A DNA stretch of 64,000 bases from an uncultured delta proteobacterium (GTDB lineage: Bacteria; Desulfobacterota; Syntrophia; Syntrophales; UBA2185). Position numbers and translations under genes: made by a program. The notes beneath the pieces were generated by a model. That model saw only the letters and a list, made by a program, of their open reading frames with translations, had not been told where the DNA came from and did no database searches. The DNA lies in assembly GCA_963729715.1 (NCBI GenBank), contig CAVSPA010000005.1:687607-751606 (forward strand). The letters run 5' to 3'. Positions 1-10,669 of the stretch are shown piece after piece. Numbering within the stretch: the first letter of the stretch is position 1; each line of letters opens with the position of its first letter.

Positions 1-153
1 CCGGACGCCATTATTCTGTTTCAGGAGCCTCTGGAAAAAATGTGCAACACGATAGACGAACTTGAGGAACAAATAGAAATTACCGTGGTGCATGAAATCG
101 CTCATTTTCTGGGGATGAGCGAGGAAAGGCTTGCGGAGCTCGGATACGGCTGA
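1..153 (+). CDS. Zincin-like metallopeptidase family protein, 3' end (partial)
   Basis: Frame 1 reads PDAIILFQEPLEKMC...ITVVHEIAHFLGMSEERLAELGYG*; HExxH motif in the typical minimal-zincin C-terminus. Confidence 0.85.
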   Translation, partial: PDAIILFQEPLEKMCNTIDELEEQIEITVVHEIAHFLGMSEERLAELGYG

Positions 154-251
154 GCCACTGCTTCTGCAGTCAGACGAAATGGAGAAAAGAAAAGGCGGTC
201 GAAGAATCCTCCCACCGCCCGTGAAATCGATCAATCACCTTGTTCTGAGAA

Positions 252-688
252 TCACACCAACTCAACTTTAATAGGAGTTACACAGGCGAGATTATCCGAT
301 ACAGGACACCTGCTTTCTATTTCATGCACGAAGGCCTCTTTTTCCTCCTTCGTCATCTCGGCATCGATGCTTAACGTAACATTTATACCCTCGGCTCCGG
401 GCCTGTTCTCCTTGCTCTTGCCAAGTATCGTCTCCTGATCAAATGTCCCCTCAACCCTCATCTGCATGCCGTTCAATTTGTACCTCTTCTTGATGGCAAT
501 GATTCTTGCCACCGTGGCGATGCAGCCCGCGAGGGACGTGAACATATATTCGATGGGGTTCGGTCCCGCATCTTTCCCGCCGCTGTTGTCGGCTGGTCGA
601 CGTAGAGAGTATGGTTTCCCGCCTTTACTTCGCCCTTGAATCTATCATCAGACTTTGCCTCGATGCTTACTGTTTTCATCTTTGCCAT
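252..688 (-). CDS. OsmC family protein, split by a 1-nt frameshift near 575-585
   Basis: ORF 473..688 (…HTLYVDQPTT) joins another frame (GGKDAGPNPIEYMFTSLAGC…ESRCPVSDNL); both OsmC cysteines are present. Confidence 0.85.
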
Positions 689-735
689 GGTATTTTCTCC
701 TGACGTTATTTTTTATGTCGCGCTTGGTCGTTCCA

Positions 736-1665
736 TCAGAACGATCCGCTGAGCCTCTCTGCAAATTCCTCAGGACCGAACCTATAGTCCTGCGTTCCAT
801 AAGTCTCCACGGCAAAGGAGGCGCAAACGCTCCCCATCCTCGCGCACTCTTCGATATCCTTGCCTTGAATCAGTCCGCTTATCAGCCCGCCCCTGTATGA
901 ATCACCGGCGCCTGTCGGGTCTTCCACCTTCCTCGGCTTAACGGCGGGAATATTTATTTCACCGCCCAGCGTGAGAACCTGCGAACCTTTCTCCCCCAAG
1001 GTGACAATAACAGTCCCGGCCCGCCGTATCAAATCCTTCCTGTCTAAGGCGGTCTTGCACATGATCAGGTCCAGTTCATAATCATTGGATATCAGTATCC
1101 GGCAACCATCTATGGCATTTGCAATATCCGCGGCAGCGAGCACTGGCAGAGATTGTCCGGGATCAAAGATGTAGCCGATTCCTCTTTGCTTGCAGATACG
1201 CGGATAGTTCACCATGTCTCCAAGATTACCGGGAGAGATGATGGCGATGGTATCCTCAGGATTGAGCTTGTCGAAATCGAGAGATGAAGAATGCTTCATG
1301 GCGCCGGGATTAAAGCCGGTAATCTGATTGTCGGCAAGGTCGGTGGTTATGTAAGCGCATGCGGTGAATTCATCTTCTATGATTTTGATGCCGTCCGTGG
1401 AAATATCATTCTTCGCCATCCAGTCGAAGTATCTGTGATGATCATGACCGATAGCAGCGGAGATGTCCGGCTTTTCGCCTACGAGAGACAGGGCGTAGGC
1501 AATATTTCCCGCCGTACCGCCGAATTTCTCCCTCATGCCGTTGACCTGGAAGCAAACGTTCAAGACGTGTATCTTCCCGGGAAGGATGTGATCCGAGAAG
1601 TGTCCCGGAAAATCCATGATCCTGTCATACGCCAGTGACCCGGAAACGATTATCTTCATATTCAT
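736..1665 (-). CDS. PfkB-family carbohydrate/nucleoside (adenosine) kinase
   Basis: GSLAYD, GGTAGN and DPTGAGD PfkB signatures. Confidence 0.9.
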   Translation of the reverse strand: MNMKIIVSGSLAYDRIMDFPGHFSDHILPGKIHVLNVCFQVNGMREKFGGTAGNIAYALSLVGEKPDISAAIGHDHHRYFDWMAKNDISTDGIKIIEDEFTACAYITTDLADNQITGFNPGAMKHSSSLDFDKLNPEDTIAIISPGNLGDMVNYPRICKQRGIGYIFDPGQSLPVLAAADIANAIDGCRILISNDYELDLIMCKTALDRKDLIRRAGTVIVTLGEKGSQVLTLGGEINIPAVKPRKVEDPTGAGDSYRGGLISGLIQGKDIEECARMGSVCASFAVETYGTQDYRFGPEEFAERLSGSF

Positions 1666-1672
1666 GGGCCTC

Positions 1673-2047
1673 TTAAATCAAGTCGAAGTCGCCATCATGG
1701 ATGCAACGTAACCACTCGTGCGCACTGGGTTCAGTTGATGGGAACCGGGACATCTTGGAATCGTCGATGATCTGATCAACTGTGATGATACACACAGGCC
1801 AGCCGGGAAAGCCGTGCCGGACATGACAGTTATCATTTATCCGATAGGCGAGGAATTTCTTCCTGCTGCAGAATATCCGGTATCTCCTGTTACGGCGCTT
1901 GATGCGGAGTGTCTGATCGAGCCATCCGTTACTTTCAAAAACGCCGACAAGATTCTGGAGCACTTCCTGCGATTTAATTTCTCCATGATCGCTAAGCGGC
2001 TTATTTGTAGTTATCATGTTCACTATTCCGTTCTTTTGGTAATTCAC
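1673..2047 (-). CDS. Hypothetical protein (start uncertain)
   Basis: 124-aa ORF co-oriented with and 7 nt upstream of the kinase; no motif recognised. Confidence 0.55.
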   Translation of the reverse strand: MNYQKNGIVNMITTNKPLSDHGEIKSQEVLQNLVGVFESNGWLDQTLRIKRRNRRYRIFCSRKKFLAYRINDNCHVRHGFPGWPVCIITVDQIIDDSKMSRFPSTEPSAHEWLRCIHDGDFDLI

Positions 2048-2274
2048 TTCTGCCCAGAGAAGTAAATAAAATGCATTTGAATGTCAAGGGCTATTTGGGA
2101 AGATCAGATATAGCGCTATCGCGGACGCAGCTCAACTGCCGTCATATTCCGATTGAGAAAGCCCGTTGCAATCCCAAACAAAATTGACCGTTTATAAAAA
2201 AGGTGATAACCTCATTCGCTCGTTGCAATTGTAGGCGGAACCGTTCAGATAGACGTGGGAGGTATTGTTTATCC

Positions 2275-2955
2275 ATGACGAGTGCGAAAGCTATCTTTGA
2301 CGAATGGCCTGAAAAATATGACCAATGGTTCACGACCCCTATCGGTTCCCTCGTAAGAAAATATGAAAGCGAACTGATATTGGACTTCTTGAAACCGGCT
2401 TCAGGAGAAATGATCCTTGATGCAGGCTGCGGCACAGGGGTGTTTACGCATGATATCGTTTCGTCTGGATCACAGGTCATAGGGCTCGATATATCTTTTC
2501 CGATGCTCAGGCGCGCAAGGGAAAAATCCGGAGGCGTTCGCTTCTATCCCATACGGGGCGATATATCAACCCTGTCCTTCCGTGACGAGTCCTTTGACAA
2601 GGTTGTTTCCGTTACTGCCCTTGAGTTTATTGACGATGCCAAGGGCGCTGTGGTCGAGTTGTTTCGCGTTGCGAAAAAAGGCGGCATCGTTGTCGTGGCA
2701 ACACTCAACAGCCGGAGCCCTTGGGCAGCGCGCAGAAAGGAGGAGGCAAGAAAAGAACATGCCATTTTCAGTAAGGCCGTCTTGAGATCTCCTGACGACT
2801 TGCTTGCCCTTTCACCCGCCCGTGGCGTGGCGAGAACGGCCATCCATTTTCATAAAGGCGATTCGCCTGAAAAAGCTGTGGAGACGGAGCGTGAAGGTCA
2901 GACCATGGGATCGATGGCAGGCGCGTTTGCCGCGGTGCAATGGCTCAAGCCCTGA
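2275..2955 (+). CDS. Class I SAM-dependent methyltransferase
   Basis: ILDAGCGTG motif I; GGGAGG RBS upstream of ATG 2275. Confidence 0.9.
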   Translation: MTSAKAIFDEWPEKYDQWFTTPIGSLVRKYESELILDFLKPASGEMILDAGCGTGVFTHDIVSSGSQVIGLDISFPMLRRAREKSGGVRFYPIRGDISTLSFRDESFDKVVSVTALEFIDDAKGAVVELFRVAKKGGIVVVATLNSRSPWAARRKEEARKEHAIFSKAVLRSPDDLLALSPARGVARTAIHFHKGDSPEKAVETEREGQTMGSMAGAFAAVQWLKP

Positions 2956-3152
2956 GGCATAAATCCATTCCCGTTTCAGGAAATTATCTTGCCGAAAAAA
3001 TCCCGCACCCGCGGGAACAGTTTTTTTAGCAGAACGTTCATTTTTTTCTATACCGTGATTGAGAAAAGAAGTATGTATAAGCCCGCGACGGAAAGAAAAG
3101 GAAAGTCGCACAAATTACGGCTTACCCAAAGCAATGGAAAGAGAGTTTATAA

Positions 3153-5243
3153 ATGCAGAATTTTTTTGACCCTTCTTCAGTGGCTCTCATTGGTGTCCCC
3201 CGCAACACCGGCAGCGGGACCTTCAACAATGCGGAAGTAATGATGCGTTACGGCTATGAAGGGAAGATATTCCCCATAAATCCAAACGCCAGCGAGATCT
3301 GCGGACTCAGGGCATATCCTTCCATAGCCGATGTCCCGGAAGTGGTAGACCTTGCGGTGATATCCGTTGGCCGAGAACGGGTCATTCCGATGCTGGATCA
3401 GTGCATTGCCGTGGGTGTAAGCCGGATCATCATAATTACCCAGGGTTTTGCCGACGCAGACGAAAAAGGTAAGAAGCTGCAGGAAGAGATTGTAAGGCGG
3501 GCAAAAGCGAACGGCGTGCGCATTCTGGGTCCCAATACAATGGGTGTTCTCAACAATTTCAAAAAATTTACCACCTCTTTTATCGATGTGGTTTATCCAG
3601 AGACGTTTTCGCCTGTCTCGTTGATTGCACAGACGGGGCTCTTCCAGGTCGCATCGCAGGACATGGCATATAAACATTGGGGCAAGGCAGTCGATATAGG
3701 CAACGGTTGCGACATCGATGAGGTGGATGCCCTCTCGTATCTAGCTGACGACCCGGAAACCAAATTTATTGTCGTTCATATGGAAGGGATTAAACGGGGT
3801 GCCGATTTTCTGAAACTTGCGGCACGGACAAGCTGCAAGAAACCGGTTATTCTGTTCAAGACGGGCCGCAGCCAGGCCGGAGCAAAGGCGGCGCTCTCTC
3901 ATACAGGGTCTTTGGTGGGGGAAGATCATGTCTTTGACGCCGTCTGCAGTAGGGCTGGTTTGATCCGGGTAAGAGGCAGTGCTGAATTGAAAGATGCGAT
4001 TCGAGCCCTCGTTCAGATGGGGGAGATGGAAGGCTCGCGGCTCGGCGTGGTGACAGCTTCCGGGGCGTTCGGTATAATGACGGCGGACGCCTGCGAAGAT
4101 TACGGCCTGGAGTTGGCGAGACTTCCCGATGGCCTGGCAGATAAACTTTTAACAGGCTTGCCGGACTGGATCTCTGTAAGCAATCCGATAGATATCTGGC
4201 CCATCGGCATGATAGGCGGCAATTACACCGGCGCATACGGCACAGCGCTGAAGGAACTGCTCCGCTCCCGGGACGTTGATGGAGTCCTGGGCGTATTGCC
4301 CGTGCCGGACTCTCCACTCCATCGGAATCTCAACATGGTTGAATGTATAAAGGATGCAAGGAACAACTCAGGCAATATGAAGCCCCTGGCACTTTGGCCA
4401 TATCTGGATGTTTCCTCTTTCATCGATAAATTTGAGAGCGTTCCGGGTGTGGCCTGTTTTGATACCGTGGAACAGGCTGTCAAAGGGCTTGCATTCTGCT
4501 ACAGATATCACCAGGCGAAGAAGCGCAACACTCCCGTTCAGAGGCAGTTTCCCGTCGATCTTGAGAAGCTGCGGCCTCTCGCCGAGAAGGGCAGATCGCA
4601 GAAACTGTTGGTCGGAGATGAAGCGCTGATGCTCTTGGATCTCTTCGGTATCCCCGTTGTCAAGAGCGACATCGCCAGAAGTCGCAAGGATTTGGAAAAC
4701 ATCGCATCGTCAATGACCTACCCGCTTGTACTGAAGTTGACCGGAGCCGCATTCCTGCACAAGACGGAGTGGGGAGGCGTTGTTACGGGAATCAGGGATT
4801 TGAAAGATCTCCAGCGTGCGTTTGACCGGATCGTTCATAATGTCAGCACGCGTCAACCGGATGTGAAAGTTGAAACCGTTCTGGTTCAGGAACAGATCCA
4901 TGGGCACGAATTGCTCCTGGGTTTGAAGAGGGACCATGAATTCGGCCACGTTATCGCCTGCGGCCTTGGCGGTATTTATACTGAAGTTTTCAAGGACATC
5001 AGTCGGTCAATTGTCCCTGTCGATCAGGAAGAGGCGGAAGGTATGCTCGCGTCTCTCAAGATAGCGCCCATATTGAAAGGCCTGAGGGGTGAGGCAGCGA
5101 TTGACTGGACGGGTCTCGTGGAAATTTTGGAAAGACTATCGTTTCTTGCAAGCACACTATCGGATATCTCGGAGCTGGACATCAATCCTGTTATAGCGAC
5201 AAGCAGCAAATGTATTGCGGTGGATGCCCGGATATTGTGGTAG
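3153..5243 (+). CDS. Acetate/acyl-CoA ligase (ADP-forming) family, fused alpha-beta
   Basis: CoA-binding N-terminus, ILGPNTMG, phospho-His SHTGSL, C-terminal ATP-grasp (HKTEWGGV, ELDINP). Confidence 0.9.
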   Translation: MQNFFDPSSVALIGVPRNTGSGTFNNAEVMMRYGYEGKIFPINPNASEICGLRAYPSIADVPEVVDLAVISVGRERVIPMLDQCIAVGVSRIIIITQGFADADEKGKKLQEEIVRRAKANGVRILGPNTMGVLNNFKKFTTSFIDVVYPETFSPVSLIAQTGLFQVASQDMAYKHWGKAVDIGNGCDIDEVDALSYLADDPETKFIVVHMEGIKRGADFLKLAARTSCKKPVILFKTGRSQAGAKAALSHTGSLVGEDHVFDAVCSRAGLIRVRGSAELKDAIRALVQMGEMEGSRLGVVTASGAFGIMTADACEDYGLELARLPDGLADKLLTGLPDWISVSNPIDIWPIGMIGGNYTGAYGTALKELLRSRDVDGVLGVLPVPDSPLHRNLNMVECIKDARNNSGNMKPLALWPYLDVSSFIDKFESVPGVACFDTVEQAVKGLAFCYRYHQAKKRNTPVQRQFPVDLEKLRPLAEKGRSQKLLVGDEALMLLDLFGIPVVKSDIARSRKDLENIASSMTYPLVLKLTGAAFLHKTEWGGVVTGIRDLKDLQRAFDRIVHNVSTRQPDVKVETVLVQEQIHGHELLLGLKRDHEFGHVIACGLGGIYTEVFKDISRSIVPVDQEEAEGMLASLKIAPILKGLRGEAAIDWTGLVEILERLSFLASTLSDISELDINPVIATSSKCIAVDARILW

Positions 5244-5331
5244 ATTATAGAAGCTGTTGTAGATACCTTAACGCGGATTAAAATCGCTGTCCCTGGTATT
5301 TCCAAACATCTCCCCAAAGGAGGAATGAAGT

Positions 5332-5817
5332 ATGAAAAATTTGGAATGGAAGAATCCACCTGAAATGCAGATTGACCCGGCCAAGAAATACAAGGCCGTC
5401 ATTGAAACGGGGAGAGGTGTTATTGAATTGGTGCTATTTCCGCAACATGCTCCGAAAACCGTCAACAACTTCGTCTTTCTCGCGAAACAGGGTTTCTATG
5501 ACGACGTATCCTTTCATCGGGTAATCAAAAATTTCATGATACAGGGCGGTGATCCGACAGGCACGGGAAGGGACGGTCCCGGCTATAAGTTTGAGGATGA
5601 GTTTAAGAAAAATCCCTTGAAACATGAAACAGGAGTGATCTCCATGGCGAATTCCGGGCCGAACACGAACGGAAGCCAGTTCTTCATCACGCATTCCCCG
5701 CAGCCGCACCTGAACAGCAGACACACTGTATTCGGCAAGGTGGTAAGCGGTCAGAATGTAGTCGATGCAATTCAACAGGGAGACAAAATGCTCCGTGTGG
5801 AAATACAGGAGATATAG
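5332..5817 (+). CDS. Cyclophilin-type peptidyl-prolyl cis-trans isomerase
   Basis: [40 protein letters not shown]. Confidence 0.95.
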   Translation: MKNLEWKNPPEMQIDPAKKYKAVIETGRGVIELVLFPQHAPKTVNNFVFLAKQGFYDDVSFHRVIKNFMIQGGDPTGTGRDGPGYKFEDEFKKNPLKHETGVISMANSGPNTNGSQFFITHSPQPHLNSRHTVFGKVVSGQNVVDAIQQGDKMLRVEIQEI

Positions 5818-5829
5818 AAAGCACGCCGC

Positions 5830-6070
5830 CACTGCGAGGCGCGCCGTGCCGTAGCAACCTCTCTCATTCTTGAACGTAGTGCAGACCTTCAGGTCTGCTG
5901 TAGCTGATATCCAAAACCAGTCGTCATTCTAATGCAAAGACTGTACTGCAATTCTCTTTATTGTCATTTCGAGAAGCGAGAAATCTTTGTTTAACCTGAA
6001 AAAAGATCTAAAAGATTCGTCACACTCATTCGGATTGATATTGTTTTCGCCTCTTAGATGGGAATCTATG
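5830..6070. repeat. Cluster of short REP-like palindromic elements
   Basis: GTAG-tGCAGACCT-tc-AGGTCTGC hairpin (5876-5898), CACTGCGAGG…GCAACCTC (5830-5861), GTCATTTCGAG…GAGAAATCT (5963-5986); related copies at 12050-12216 and 55418-55444. Confidence 0.65.
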
Positions 6071-6093
6071 CACCGCTTTCGTAAAGACAGATT

Positions 6094-6687
6094 ATGCTTT
6101 TCAAGAAAAAAGACAGAATGACCAGAGACGCAGGCGTTGCCGATATCTCCGGCATTCAAGAAGAATATGGACTCAGGATTGCGACCATTATCGATAATAA
6201 CGATTGGGTGAGAACCAAGGCGCGGGAAATAGATCTGGATAAAGAACTGCATTTGGTCAAAGACCTCGATAAAATCATGAGACACATGAAAGACCTGCAT
6301 AAGTTTGTGGGCGTCAGCTCTAATAATATATACTGGAACTTGACACAGGCGCCAATCAGGCAAATACTCATTCCGACAACGGAAAGAAAATATATCTCCC
6401 TTATAAATCCGGAAATTCTGAAGCTGGAGGGGCAGGAGAATAGCTACGTGGAGGCATGCGGTTCAGTGCCCAACAAGGTCTATATAGTCAGGAGAAAGCC
6501 GTATGTATTGATCTCCGGGTATACAACCGGGAAAGAGCGTATTGAATTGGAATACGGATCAAAGGTCTTTTACGCGGGGGAGGATCCTATATGCTCGTCA
6601 TACAGCAATCCGGAATGGGTTATCCAGCACGAAATGGATCACCTTGATGGGATAACAATCCAAGACAAAGGAGCCGTCTTGATCTGA
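6094..6687 (+). CDS. Divergent peptide deformylase-like protein
   Basis: LINPEI, EACGS (motif 2 variant), QHEMDHLDG (motif 3); motif 1 degenerate. Confidence 0.8.
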   Translation: MLFKKKDRMTRDAGVADISGIQEEYGLRIATIIDNNDWVRTKAREIDLDKELHLVKDLDKIMRHMKDLHKFVGVSSNNIYWNLTQAPIRQILIPTTERKYISLINPEILKLEGQENSYVEACGSVPNKVYIVRRKPYVLISGYTTGKERIELEYGSKVFYAGEDPICSSYSNPEWVIQHEMDHLDGITIQDKGAVLI

Positions 6688-6842
6688 AAAGTCCTTTGTC
6701 TGCAACGTCCTGAGAGATCCCTTTATCCGACGTCTATTGTGTTACGCATAACGACTGGTAATCAATAAAAAAAGCAGAGCCATTTCTGATCGTGCCCTTT
6801 GTATTAATGACTTGATATGGTCTGATCAATTTGCAGCCTTAT

Positions 6843-7667
6843 TTAAAGGTGAAATACCCTCTCTGCATTTTGATGTAGAAAAAGCTCCTTCCCCTCCTCA
6901 TCCAACCCCAATGAATCAAGATCCTCAAGACACTTGCTTGGTAAAATCATGGGGTAGTTTGTACCAAAAAGAACTTTCTTACGGCCATTTGTTTTCATGC
7001 AAGTTACGAGCTCTTTAGGATACCGTTTCGCAGTATATGCTGATGTATCGATGAACACATTGGGATGCTTCGTGGCGACGGCAATCATTTCGGTCGTCCA
7101 TGGATATCCGATATGACCACACACGATCTTCAGTTCCGGGAACTCGATAGCTACGACATCTATATAGGGGATCGGGCGACCCGGCTCAGAAGGACAAAGA
7201 GGGCCTGTGTGTCCTACCTGAAGGCATACAGGGATGTCCAGGTTGACACATTCGGCAAAAAGTGGATAGTAGCGGCGATCGGTCGCGGGCAGATTCCACA
7301 GCCATTGTACCATGCGGAGTCCGCGGAACATATAGTCAGTAACATATCTTCTCAATTCTCGGACGGCTTCCAAGGGCTGGTATAGATTTACTGATGCAAT
7401 ACCTATGAAACGATCAGGATGCTTCCTGACAATCGCCGCCACTTCATCGTTGGAAATCAACGGTCCTTGCGGTCCCCACCATGCACAAATCAACCCCCTC
7501 TGGACGCCGCCCCTGTCCATCGCGTCAATTGTAAATTCGATCGGTATCTCTTCCGTCACTTTTTTTACTCCTCCTGTCCATCGCCGGAGCGAATCGAACA
7601 TGGGCTGATTGATGAACCTCATTGTCGGATGCTGCATCCACACATCAATAATGACATTAGTTCTCAT
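6843..7667 (-). CDS. Amidohydrolase_2 family protein
   Basis: IIDVWMQH, GHIGYPW, DTSAY, LFGTNYP. Confidence 0.88.
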   Translation of the reverse strand: MRTNVIIDVWMQHPTMRFINQPMFDSLRRWTGGVKKVTEEIPIEFTIDAMDRGGVQRGLICAWWGPQGPLISNDEVAAIVRKHPDRFIGIASVNLYQPLEAVRELRRYVTDYMFRGLRMVQWLWNLPATDRRYYPLFAECVNLDIPVCLQVGHTGPLCPSEPGRPIPYIDVVAIEFPELKIVCGHIGYPWTTEMIAVATKHPNVFIDTSAYTAKRYPKELVTCMKTNGRKKVLFGTNYPMILPSKCLEDLDSLGLDEEGKELFLHQNAERVFHL

Positions 7668-8021
7668 CGTGCTTCCCCTTTTCTATTTGCCTTCAGATTC
7701 TTCTGTATCCTTTAAATAAATCGTCAGTCTGTGAACAATATTGATAATTCCTGTAGCGATAGTCAATAGATAAATTCGGCATAAATAACTGTTTCAAGCA
7801 AGAATTACGATTTAATGCATTTATCAGTTTCAAGGTGCCGGAACATAGCTATAGCGTCTCTATTTCATTTAACCGGTGGAGGAGAAAAATATTGAAATGC
7901 AGGGGTTGTCCCAATCTGCCTTTGACACATAGAGCCTTCCATTGTATGGTTTTTCGTCACTCATAGTCATGTCTTATCAAAACGAATCAAGCGGGCAAAT
8001 CAAATCGAAGGAGGAAGCTCA

Positions 8022-8678
8022 ATGAATCGCAATACACTCTGGATCGGTTCCGTGGTGCTCGCCGTTGCCATTGGCTTTGGTGTAGCGAATTTTGCGAATT
8101 CGCAGACAGGCGAGAAGCCGAAGCGTTTTCCCCAGCTCACGATGGACCAACTCAATGACCAGCAGCGGCCTCTCGGCGAAAAGATCATGAAGATTTCAAG
8201 CGTCGGTATCGGGGGACCTTACAATCCGCTGCTGCGCAGCCCGGTCCTGGCGCAGCGCATGTATGATCTGCTCGATTATCTGCGCTGGAATTCTTCGCTG
8301 TCGCGGCAGTTGACCGAATTCGCGATCCTGATCGTGGGGTGGCAGTGGCGGAGCCAGATTGAATGGTATGCGCATTATCCGCTGGCACTGAAAGAGGGCC
8401 TGCCGAAACAGGTGGCCGATAACATCAAGGCCAACAAACGGCCGCGGGGCATGACGCCCCAAGTGGAAGCCGTCTATGACTTCTGCATTGAGCTCTCCAC
8501 GAAACACGAGGTTTCCGACGCGACGTTCAAGCGGACTAGAAAATTCCTCAGCGATCAGCAAATCGTGGATCTGACGGTGCTCAGCGGCACCTATGTGACG
8601 CTGGCCATGGTGCTGAGCATGGCGGAGGAGAGCGTGCCGGTCGGCAAGGAGCTGCCTTTCAAACCCGGCGAGCCTTGA
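8022..8678 (+). CDS. Carboxymuconolactone decarboxylase/AhpD-like family protein with N-terminal signal peptide
   Basis: GPYNPLLRSP, EFAILIVG, EWYAH pattern; hydrophobic N-terminus; GGAGG RBS. Confidence 0.8.
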   Translation: MNRNTLWIGSVVLAVAIGFGVANFANSQTGEKPKRFPQLTMDQLNDQQRPLGEKIMKISSVGIGGPYNPLLRSPVLAQRMYDLLDYLRWNSSLSRQLTEFAILIVGWQWRSQIEWYAHYPLALKEGLPKQVADNIKANKRPRGMTPQVEAVYDFCIELSTKHEVSDATFKRTRKFLSDQQIVDLTVLSGTYVTLAMVLSMAEESVPVGKELPFKPGEP

Positions 8679-8698
8679 GAGTTGTTGCTACCGACGTC

Positions 8699-8730
8699 TA
8701 TCCGGGAACGCGCCGATGCGCGTCCCGGAT
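8699..8730. terminator. GC-rich hairpin between convergent genes
   Basis: ATCCGGGA-ACGCG…CGCGT-CCCGGAT inverted repeat; no U-tract. Confidence 0.4.
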
Positions 8731-8806
8731 GGGCCGTTGCGCCTTCAGAACTATACCTTTGCATAGGAGATCACAAAGCTGCAAGGGATGGTAGAACGCC
8801 GTGTCT

Positions 8807-10669
8807 TTATATCGTGAATAGTTCCTCCGCCATTTCAATGGGTGTCCTGTCTCCGACCTTTATCGCTTCGCACCGGGCTTTGACTGTAGAAAGAATATTC
8901 AGCGCGAAGAATCTGGCCGCGGCGATCTTCCCGTTATAGAAGGCAACGTCCTTGTTTTCACGGATAAGCGCCCGCTGTTTTGACTTCGATCCCTTTGCAT
9001 CCTTATCCGTATAGATGGTGTTCAGCTTTTCATTGGCAATCGTAGCCGCCTGCATCAGGAGCGATCCGACGGCAACGTCGCCGAAGAGCTCCAGATATGG
9101 AGAAGCGTTAAGGACGGGGATCAAAAAGCTTGCGCCCCTGCCCAGCCGGTAAAAATGTGTTGTCAGATCGGAGAAGGCCTTCAGGGCCTCTTCCAGGTAG
9201 TTACACGGGACGGTCAGATCTTCAAACCCCGTGCTCCTTGTTATTACACTGTAAACTTCACTGTAGAGGCTCATCATGAACTCGCCTCTTTTCTGCGCGA
9301 GTTTTCTCCCGACAAGGTCAAGGGCCTGAACCGCGTTCGTTCCCTCATAGATGGTAGTGATCTTGCAGTCGCGCATGTACTGCTCCACGGGATATTCGCT
9401 GCAATAGCCGTAGCCGCCGTATACGTCGATGGCCTTCGAACAAACCTGCATGGCCTTATCTGAGGAATAGGCCTTGCAGATGGGAATCAACAGTTCCGCC
9501 AATCCCTGCCATTTTGACTTGTCTATCTTGGTTTCTGAGACATCCGCCATATCAAGGGAATAGGCCGTATAATAAAGCAGTACCCTTATCCCTTCCACGT
9601 GGGCCTTCATCCAGAGAAGCGTTCGTTTGATGTCGGGATGCTGGATGATGGGCACGGGCTTGGCATCCGGATTCTTCATATCCCATATGGCGACGCCCTG
9701 AATTCTTTCCTTGGCATACGCCACGGCATGTTCGAAGGCCGCCGTTGCAACGCCCAGCGCCTGCACACCGACCTCAAGCCTGGCATCATTCATCATCTGG
9801 AACATGATTGACATGCCAGCCCTCTCTTTTCCGAGGAGCTCGCCGATGCATCTTGCGTCGTCGCCGAAATTGAGGGTACATGTGGCGGAGCCCTTGATCC
9901 CCATCTTGTGCTCGATGTTTCCCGTGCGGACGTCATTGAACTCGCCCATGCTCCCATCGTCGTTGACGCGGTACTTGGGGACGATGAATATGGAGATACC
10001 CTTCGTTCCCGGCGCATCCCCTTCGATCCTCGCGAGAACGGGATGGACGATATTCGGGCAGAGGTCATGGTCTCCGCCGGAGATGAATATCTTGGCCCCC
10101 GTGATGCTGTATTTCCCGTCGGGCAATCTCTTCGCCGTTGTCTTCAGGGCGCCAACGTCTGTCCCTGCTCCGGACTCCGTGAGACACATCGTTCCGCCCC
10201 ACTCGCCGGCAAACATCTTGCACATGTATTTGTTCTTCTGCTCTTCCGTGCCGAAACGTTCTATGAGAGAGGCGGCCCCGGTCGTAAGGAGCGGGTACAT
10301 GAGGAGGGGGTAGTTTGCGGCCTGAAAAAGTTCAAAGCAGGCAGTGGAAACGCTTATCGGCATTCCCTGTCCGCCCACCTCGGGGTCTTTTATCGCGCAC
10401 TGCCAGCCGGCTCCGACAAACTTCTTGTATGCGGCGTGGAAGCTCTTCGGCACGTAGACTTTTCCGTCCTTGAACGTGCATCCTTCCCTGTCCCCGTCCA
10501 CATACGTAGGCAGGATCACATCGATGGCCATCTTCTCCGCTTCCGTAAGGATCATGTCCACGGTCTCTTTCGCGTAGTCCGCGTACTTGGCCTTGAAAAT
10601 ATCTTCTATGCCGAGCTGTTCATAAAGGACGAATTGCTGATCTCTCGTGTTCACCAATAAGTTGCTCAT
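8807..10669 (-). CDS. Long-type acyl-CoA dehydrogenase
   Basis: MCLTESGAGTD, KMGIKGSATC, GGYGY…IYEGTN. Confidence 0.93.
   Translation of the reverse strand: MSNLLVNTRDQQFVLYEQLGIEDIFKAKYADYAKETVDMILTEAEKMAIDVILPTYVDGDREGCTFKDGKVYVPKSFHAAYKKFVGAGWQCAIKDPEVGGQGMPISVSTACFELFQAANYPLLMYPLLTTGAASLIERFGTEEQKNKYMCKMFAGEWGGTMCLTESGAGTDVGALKTTAKRLPDGKYSITGAKIFISGGDHDLCPNIVHPVLARIEGDAPGTKGISIFIVPKYRVNDDGSMGEFNDVRTGNIEHKMGIKGSATCTLNFGDDARCIGELLGKERAGMSIMFQMMNDARLEVGVQALGVATAAFEHAVAYAKERIQGVAIWDMKNPDAKPVPIIQHPDIKRTLLWMKAHVEGIRVLLYYTAYSLDMADVSETKIDKSKWQGLAELLIPICKAYSSDKAMQVCSKAIDVYGGYGYCSEYPVEQYMRDCKITTIYEGTNAVQALDLVGRKLAQKRGEFMMSLYSEVYSVITRSTGFEDLTVPCNYLEEALKAFSDLTTHFYRLGRGASFLIPVLNASPYLELFGDVAVGSLLMQAATIANEKLNTIYTDKDAKGSKSKQRALIRENKDVAFYNGKIAAARFFALNILSTVKARCEAIKVGDRTPIEMAEELFTI

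Noticed and set aside
252..688. OsmC as two genes or a recoding site
   Set aside because: One added base restores a normal OsmC; no convincing slippery site or stimulator seen.
6695..6755. attC-like site after the PDF-like gene (…GCAAC…GTTACGC)
   Set aside because: Poor internal complementarity, single copy, no integron integrase.
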